Program-made: the position numbers and the translations under genes
Assembly: GCF_009914755.1 (NCBI RefSeq)
Contig: NC_060927.1
Source: the human T2T-CHM13v2.0 reference genome, Homo sapiens
DNA length: 64,000 nt
Direction: 5' to 3' (one strand)
The notes under the pieces: generated by a model
Told to the model about the DNA's origin: nothing
Seen by the model: only the letters and a program-made list of their open reading frames with translations
Databases searched by the model: none
In this document: piece after piece, positions 54,274 to 64,000 of the stretch
Numbering within the stretch: position 1 is the stretch's first letter
Layout: the number at the start of each line of letters is the position of its first letter

Positions 54274-54996
54274 CTCCTTCCTTTATTCTTCAATAACCAG
54301 AAAATTCTTCCTGAAAAAGGTGGCCCCTGAGACCATTTGGAAGCATCACAGGGGGGAGGGGCAAGGGTCCTGCGAGCTGGTCTTGCCATCCCTTGTCCCC
54401 CAGTTTACATGAAGCCGAGTTTACATGAAGCCAAGCTCCAGAGAAGAGGCAGCGCCTGTGGGGCATTTGGATTACACTCCAAGTCTAATTCCCAGTCCAG
54501 CAATCCTGCCCCCAGAGGCTTCCTTCATCTTTCCACTTAGCCAAGGAAGGAGCAGGTCAGCTCATGCCCCCTGCCTGGATGCAGACAACAACCATCAGAA
54601 GGCCATCCGTGTAGCCGGGGCCCCAGAACAATGTCTGGAAATGGCTCAAGGAGCTGAAGCCCTTTAGCCTCAAGAAGAGCATGAGGGACCCAGCACCCTT
54701 CTGAAACCTAAACTACATTCTGGCCTGAGCCATTTTGCACTGTCTGTGCCCTAGAAAGCTGTGAAGGCCTGTAAGTGGGTCTTCCTGTTTCCCTGTCTTC
54801 TGAGGCCCAGGCCTTTCTTAGAGCTTCCGTGGGTCCCACCCTTACACGCATCACACCGTGTCTGGGCTCTGCCTGCCTGGCTTACACTCCCTACCCCCAA
54901 CCACTGCCCTATTTCCACCCCCGGGACATCCTGCTGGGCACTGCTGTTCCCTCTCTTAGAAGATTTTCACAGGTCCTGCCCTTCCCTTTTGCCAAT

Positions 54997-55349
54997 TGAT
55001 ATCATTTGGCTGTGTCCCCACCCAAATCTCAACTTGGATTGTATCTCCCAGAATTCCCATGTGTTGTGGGAGGGACTCAGGAGGAGGTAATTGAATCATG
55101 GGGGCCATGATTTCCCAAGCTATTCTCATGATAGTGAATAAGTCTCATGAGATGTGATGGGTTTATCAGGGGTTTCCGCTTTTGCTTCTTTCTCATTTTC
55201 TCCTGCTGCCACCACGTAAGAAGTACTTTTTGCCTCCTGCCATGATTCTGAGGCCTCCCCAGACATGTGGAATTGTAAGTCCAATTAAACCTCTTTTCCT
55301 TCCCAGTCTCAGGTATATTTTTATCAGCTGAATGAAACAGACTAATACA
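54997..55349 (+). mobile_element. THE1(B-like) MaLR solo LTR with TSD CCAAT
   Basis: tgatatcatttggctgtgtccccacccaaatctc...gactaataca; ccaat on both flanks. Confidence 0.92.
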
Positions 55350-56444
55350 CCAATCAAGTGAATGTCACCTCCTCAGAGAAACCCTCCCTGAGCACCCCAT
55401 CTGCAGTAGGGTCACCCCATCTTCCACCTTCACTTTTCCTGGTGTTTCCTTCTTAGCCCCTATTTCCATGGGGAGTCTTTGCTCTGACAGACTAGTCTCC
55501 CTCACCCACCCGGGGCCAGCCTGTCTGTCTTCTCTGTCCCTGTACATGGGAGATGATCAATGTTCATTTGTTGGCATCAGTAAAACAGGAAGGCCCCTGA
55601 GGTGCAAGGATTGGAAGCCCTTCCCCCCAGGTGAGGAAAGAGCCTTGAGGCAGGGTAGAGGACCCGAGTTAGTGCCCTCTCCCTACCCCGAGGGTCAGCC
55701 CTGGGCAGGACGGGCCACGGCCCCTTGGGGCACCTGTTGCCTGTGCCCTTGATGGGTGGCCTGCAGGGGACGTGGCCGCACTTGGTCAGTGGTGGTTCTG
55801 GGTCAGCCACATTCAGGTGGGCAGCATTTTAGGAAGGACAAACTCCAAAACCCAGGCTCCAAAGGATCCACGGGAAGGTCGAGAGGCTCAGGGGAGTGTC
55901 CTGGTGGCTGGGCCAGCGCTTTGAGGCCCCTGGGGAACCAGCAGAGAGGGCCTGCGTGAGGCATCTGGAGGCTCTGAGCACCTCTGGAATCCCAGCGACC
56001 TGCAGAGGTTGCCCGTCTCTGTGGGGGCAGCAGCGCCTGAAGGGAGGTGGCCATAGCAGCCCACAGGGGCCCAGGGCTGACCAGCTCTGCCTTGGGTGCC
56101 AAGGCTGGGCAGGGCCTGTGCCCTTGGGAGTCCTGTTTCAGACCCACCTCAACCACATGGCCCTGCCCTCATCTTATTTGCCTGGACAGCAAGGCCTGCA
56201 GAAACTGATTTGCTCATCCAATTTGGGGATCCTGAGCTCCCTGCTGGGCAAGCCTGATGGTTTCACAGCTGCCCATGATGGTTTCCTCGGCAACTTCAAA
56301 TCAGACTCTGCTCCTTAGTTGCCAGCACCTTTACTAAAGAAGGTGGGGGCGGTGGGCAGAAAGCATGGGGGTGTCGTGTCATGGTGACAGGTGTAAGGAG
56401 AAGGCAAAGAGTTTTCCACTTCCATTGATGGTAGCAGTGGCGGC

Positions 56445-58830
56445 CACCTGACCCAGGGCACCATCTCTTCCTCCTGTTTGTCCCCTGCTTCCTCTGCCCT
56501 GCCACCTCCCCCTTCCTCCCCAATGAGGTCACTGCAGTTCTCTCTCCACCTTTCCAAGATAGATGCAGGTTGCTGCTCTCCTGAGGTCCCCACTAAGGCT
56601 GTGGCTTCTGATCCCCGCTGATCTCTTGGATTTTATTTCCCTGGCCCCCTCCCCCACCTCCTTTCTATTTGTCCCACCCCCATCCCCACCTTCCTCTGCC
56701 ATTCCTAATCCTCCCATCCTGATTCCTCTTCTAGGTTTTCTCTGGCTAAATTATCTTTTTTTTTTTTTTTAGTAGAGACGGGGTTTCACCGTGTTAGCCA
56801 AGATGGTCTCGATCTCCTGACCTCATGATCCGCCCGCCTCGGCCTCCCAAAGTGCTGGGATTACAAGCGTGAGCCATTGTGCCCGGCCTTTCTTTTTTTC
56901 TTTTTTCTTTTTTTTTTGAGATGGAGTCTCATTCAGTCCCCCAGGTTGGAGTGCAGTCGTGCATTATCAGCTCACTGCAACCTCCAGCTCCCAGGCTCAA
57001 GCCATTCTCTTGCCTCAGCCTCCTAAGTAGCTGGGACTACAGGCAAGCACCACCACACCTGGCTAATTTTTGTAATTTTGGTAGAGAAAGGGTTTCACTA
57101 TGTTGGCCATGGTGAACCGGGTGATCTGCCCGCCTCTGCCTCCCAAAGTGCTGGGATTACAGGCATGAGCCACCATGCCCTGCCAATTTTCTTTATTATA
57201 TACTTGCTAATATCTGTCTCCTTACCCACCCCCCACCCCCCACCAGACCTTGTTTTGTGCAACACAGAATGATGAAAATCTAGAAACAGGAATCTCACTC
57301 TTGGCCCTAGCCAGGACTCAGGTTTTGTGAAGCGGGCTGGGGCAGGTGGAAAAGCAAGCCCCACCAAACCAACACCTAGCCTAGAGCCTGAGCGAAGTGC
57401 CACTCAAAACACAGCTCCTCCCTTTACTTTCCTGTAACCCGAGAATTCTTCCTGAAAAAGGTGGCCCCTGAGAACAGTCTAAAAGTGTCACAGGGTGGAG
57501 GGGCAAGGGTCCTGAGAGCTGGTCTTGCCATCTCTTGTCCCCAGTTTTCTTGAAGAAGTTGAGCTCCAGAGAAGAGGCAGGGCCAGTGGGGCATTTGGAT
57601 TACGCTCCAAGTCTGATTCCTAGTCCAGCAATCCTGCCCCCAGAGGCTCCCTTTATCTGTCCCCTTGGCCAAGGAAGGGGCAGTCGCCCCCTGCCCCCTG
57701 CCTGGCCACAGACAAAAACCATCAGAAGGCTGTCTGTGGGGCCCCAGAACCATGTGGTAATCGCCTAAGGAGTTGGAGCCCTTTAGCCTCAAGAAGAGGG
57801 TGGGGGACACAGCACCCTTCTGAAACCTAAACCACATTCTGGCCTGAGCCGTTTTACACTGTCTGTGCAAAGGTTGTGAGGGCCTCTAAGTGGGTCCTCT
57901 TGTTTCCCTGTCTTCTGAGGCCCAGGGCTTTCTCAGGGCCTCCGTGGGTCCCCCCCCTGCACCCATCACATGGAGCCTGGGTCCTGTCTGCCAGGCTCAC
58001 ACTCCCCACACCCATCTTGCTGTCCTATTTCCATCCCTACGACAGCCCCCTGGGCACTGCCAGTCCCTCTCTTAGAAGACTTTCACAGGCCCTGCCCTTC
58101 CGTTTTGTCAATCTAGTTAATGGCACCTTCTCCTAGAGAAGCCCTCCCTGAGCATCTCATCTGCAGTAGGGTCACCCCCATCTTCCACCCTCACTTTTCC
58201 TGGTGTTTCCTTCCTAGCCCGTCCCTATTAGGAGTTTTCTGCACTTACAGACCAGTCTCTCTCGCCCACCCGGGGGCCAGCGTGTCTGTCTTCTCTGTCC
58301 CAGCACACTGAATGATTATTTGTTGGTATAAATGAAACAGGAAGGCCCCTGAGGTGCTGGGACTGGCAGCCCTTCACCCCAGGTGAGGAAGGAGCCTTGA
58401 GGAAGGGGAGAGGACCAGAGTTAGTGGCCTTTCCCCACCCTGAGGGTCAGCCCCGGGCAGGGCGGGTCACTGAGTCTTGGGGGTCCTGATGCCTGTGCCC
58501 TTGATGGTGGCCCGCAGGGGACGCAGCCGCACTGGGTCAGCTGTGGTCCTGGGGCAGTCGCGTCCAGGCAGGCGGCACTTAGGAAGGACAAACTCCAAAA
58601 CCCAGGGATCCAAAGGATCCATGGGAAGATCGGGTGGCTCAGGGGAGTGACTCCCCGGCTTGGTCGGCGCTTTGAGGCCCCGGGGACCCAGCGGAGAGGG
58701 CTCGGGTGAGGCATCTGGAGGCGCTGAATGGGGCCGGGAGCCGCGGGACCCGCAGAGGGCGCCTGTCCGTGTGGGCGCAGCAGCGCCTAGAGGGAGGCGG
58801 CCCCGGCAGCCCGCAGGGGTCAGGCTCTGC
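56445..58830 (+). repeat. Tandem duplication, copy B (interrupted by Alus at 56757-57183)
   Basis: Collinear similarity to 52786-56090. Confidence 0.9.
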
Positions 58831-59150
58831 TGGAGCAGGGGCGTCCCTGTCTCCGCTTCCCAGCGCAGGCTGGGTGGGGCCGATGGCCATTAAAGCCCCG
58901 CCCCCCGCGGCTCACCGCCGCCTGGCCCCGTCCCCGAGGCCAGAAAAGAGGAGACCCGAGGCCGTCAGACCGCCTGTCAAGGGCTGTCCTGGAGCCTGGC
59001 ACCTTCCCCTCGCTCCCCGTCTGACCCCCAGAGGCCGTGCTGTCCAGGCTGACCCCGACTCTGAGCCATCGGGATGCCTGTCCACGCCTCCACTCCTGGG
59101 CCACTTCCCCGTGGGGCGAGCAGAAGGGCGGGCCGGGTGGGAATCTGTTG
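58500..59150. promoter_or_regulatory. Orphan CpG-island-like region
   Basis: GC- and CpG-rich, with GC boxes ccccgcccc and gggcggg. Confidence 0.65.
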
Positions 59151-59599
59151 TACCCAGGGAAGGGAATTGCCAACAGGCCCAGAGAGTTTGAAGCCTGGGG
59201 TACTGTCACCAACAGGCCAGTAGCCTCGCAGCTGGGCCCTGCCCTAGAGTCTTCCTGCAGCAGGGCGCTTCTCCGGAGGGGCTGTGAATGTTTTCCCGGG
59301 TGGGGCTGAAGCCAGAGCCCAGAGGTTTGCCCCTGGGGCACGGATCCTCCAGGTCACTCGCCCCCCAACGGGCTGCAGTGAAGAAGGCTCTGAGGGGAGG
59401 ATGGCCAGCGCCTCCCCTGCAAGGATAGGGGCCCCTGGGAACCCATTCCTGCTCTGGGGATTGCCTCCCTCCCCTACATCAGAGCCATCCACCGCAGAAG
59501 CTTGGCCAAGCTGACCACTCTGTCAGTGATCTCTGCCAGGGAGGCTGAAAGAACATCCAGCCCCACCCGTGGTCCCTTCCCGCCTCAGGCTATGTGACA

Positions 59600-60960
<1,361 letters not shown>

Positions 60961-60987
60961 CTTTGGTAATATAGGCCTTTGCCTTAG

Positions 60988-62570
<1,583 letters not shown>

Positions 62571-62734
62571 TTTTTTTTTTTCTTCTTTGGTAGAAAAAGT
62601 GCCATTAGCTGTAATCCTACATTAAAGAGAATACTTTGACAATAGATTCGTCTCTTCCTTTAGCCCCCTCCAACCTTCCAGATAAAACCCCACCCCAAAG
62701 AACACAGGCAAAGAAGATACATCAGCCTCAATAA

Positions 62735-62740
62735 TTTATT
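62735..62740 (-). terminator. CIDEC: CIDEC poly(A) signal AATAAA
   Basis: tttatt on the + strand, about 400 nt past the stop. Confidence 0.75.
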
Positions 62741-63141
62741 GCAAACTCCCTAATATCACATGCTAGTGCGCTTGCGAATTCACTCAGGAATGTTCCGGGA
62801 TGGGGGCCAGAAGGTAGAGAGCACCATGAAAGTACAGCCTGCGAGGCCGGATTGCTAAGGGGCAGACTTCATGCCAATGGAGGGACAGACTTCAGGACCA
62901 GTCTGGATGGGCTAAGCTGCCTTGGGCAGGAAGGAGCTGGATCAGGCCAGGAGCTTGAGGTTCTCCTTTGGCCAACCCACCCCAGGTTTCCAGCTCCTCC
63001 TCCTCACTCAGGGTCCTGCGCGGTGAGGGAGGTGTGGGGAGGTTCGCGGCTCTACAGCTGCCAGGCTTGTGGGCACTACCAGTTAAGCGTGAGGCCCCCA
63101 GTCAGTCCTTCACTGGGGAAAGCTTCCAAGGACTTGGGCTT

Positions 63142-63304
63142 TCACTGCAGTATCTTCAGACAGGTCGGGATAAGGGATGAGGCCTTGCCCTTGGGGGGCT
63201 GCCCTTCCTCCGTAGCATCGAGGAGCTGCTGCAGGTAACAGGAGGTGCCAAGCAGTACGTGGCCTGTGGCCTGCATGCTGAAGAGGGCCCAGCGGAAAGC
63301 TTCC
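63142..63304 (-). CDS. CIDEC: CIDEC (FSP27) last coding exon; the rest of the gene is outside the window
   Basis: acccag|G then EAFRWALFSMQATGHVLLGTSCYLQQLLDATEEGQPPKGKASSLIPTCLKILQ*. Confidence 0.93.
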
Positions 63305-63346
63305 CTGGGTGGAATGAGAGGGCACGCAAGTCAAAACCACGAAGTA

Positions 63347-63999
<653 letters not shown>

Positions 64000-64000
64000 T

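Noticed and set aside
58706-59341. 161-173 aa ORFs in the orphan CpG island
   Set aside because: GC-bias ORFs with no recognisable domain; frame not kept in the paralogous copy
62852-63238. 128-aa + strand ORF
   Set aside because: Antisense to the CIDEC last exon and 3'UTR; no independent coding evidence

Overview
Alu-rich human genomic DNA that I recognise from its proteins as the 3p25.3 ARPC4-TTLL3-RPUSD3-CIDEC interval. In order it holds: the last exon and 3'UTR of ARPC4 (+); the complete 14-exon tubulin monoglycylase TTLL3 (+; 815 codons from the exon-2 ATG by my exon arithmetic); the complete 9-exon RPUSD3 (-; 351 aa); a defective type-1 HERV-K(HML-2) provirus (-; 43669-50559); an intronless MARK/SMOK-like kinase pseudogene, an old tandem duplication and a second kinase remnant; and the last exon of CIDEC (-). 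I see no convincing new biological system. The most unusual observations are: (i) the provirus has no target-site duplication, a 4-nt insertion that hard-wires a Gag-dUTPase fusion, and a microhomology-bounded loss of RT/RNaseH; (ii) a decayed copy of TTLL3 exon 6 sits in intron 4; (iii) the TTLL3 C-terminus can be switched by a GC donor, a dual-frame exon and a GAG acceptor; (iv) of the two duplicated blocks, one kept its CpG island and the other lost it. Repeat subfamily calls and comparisons to HML-2 consensus are by eye and from memory, not computed.
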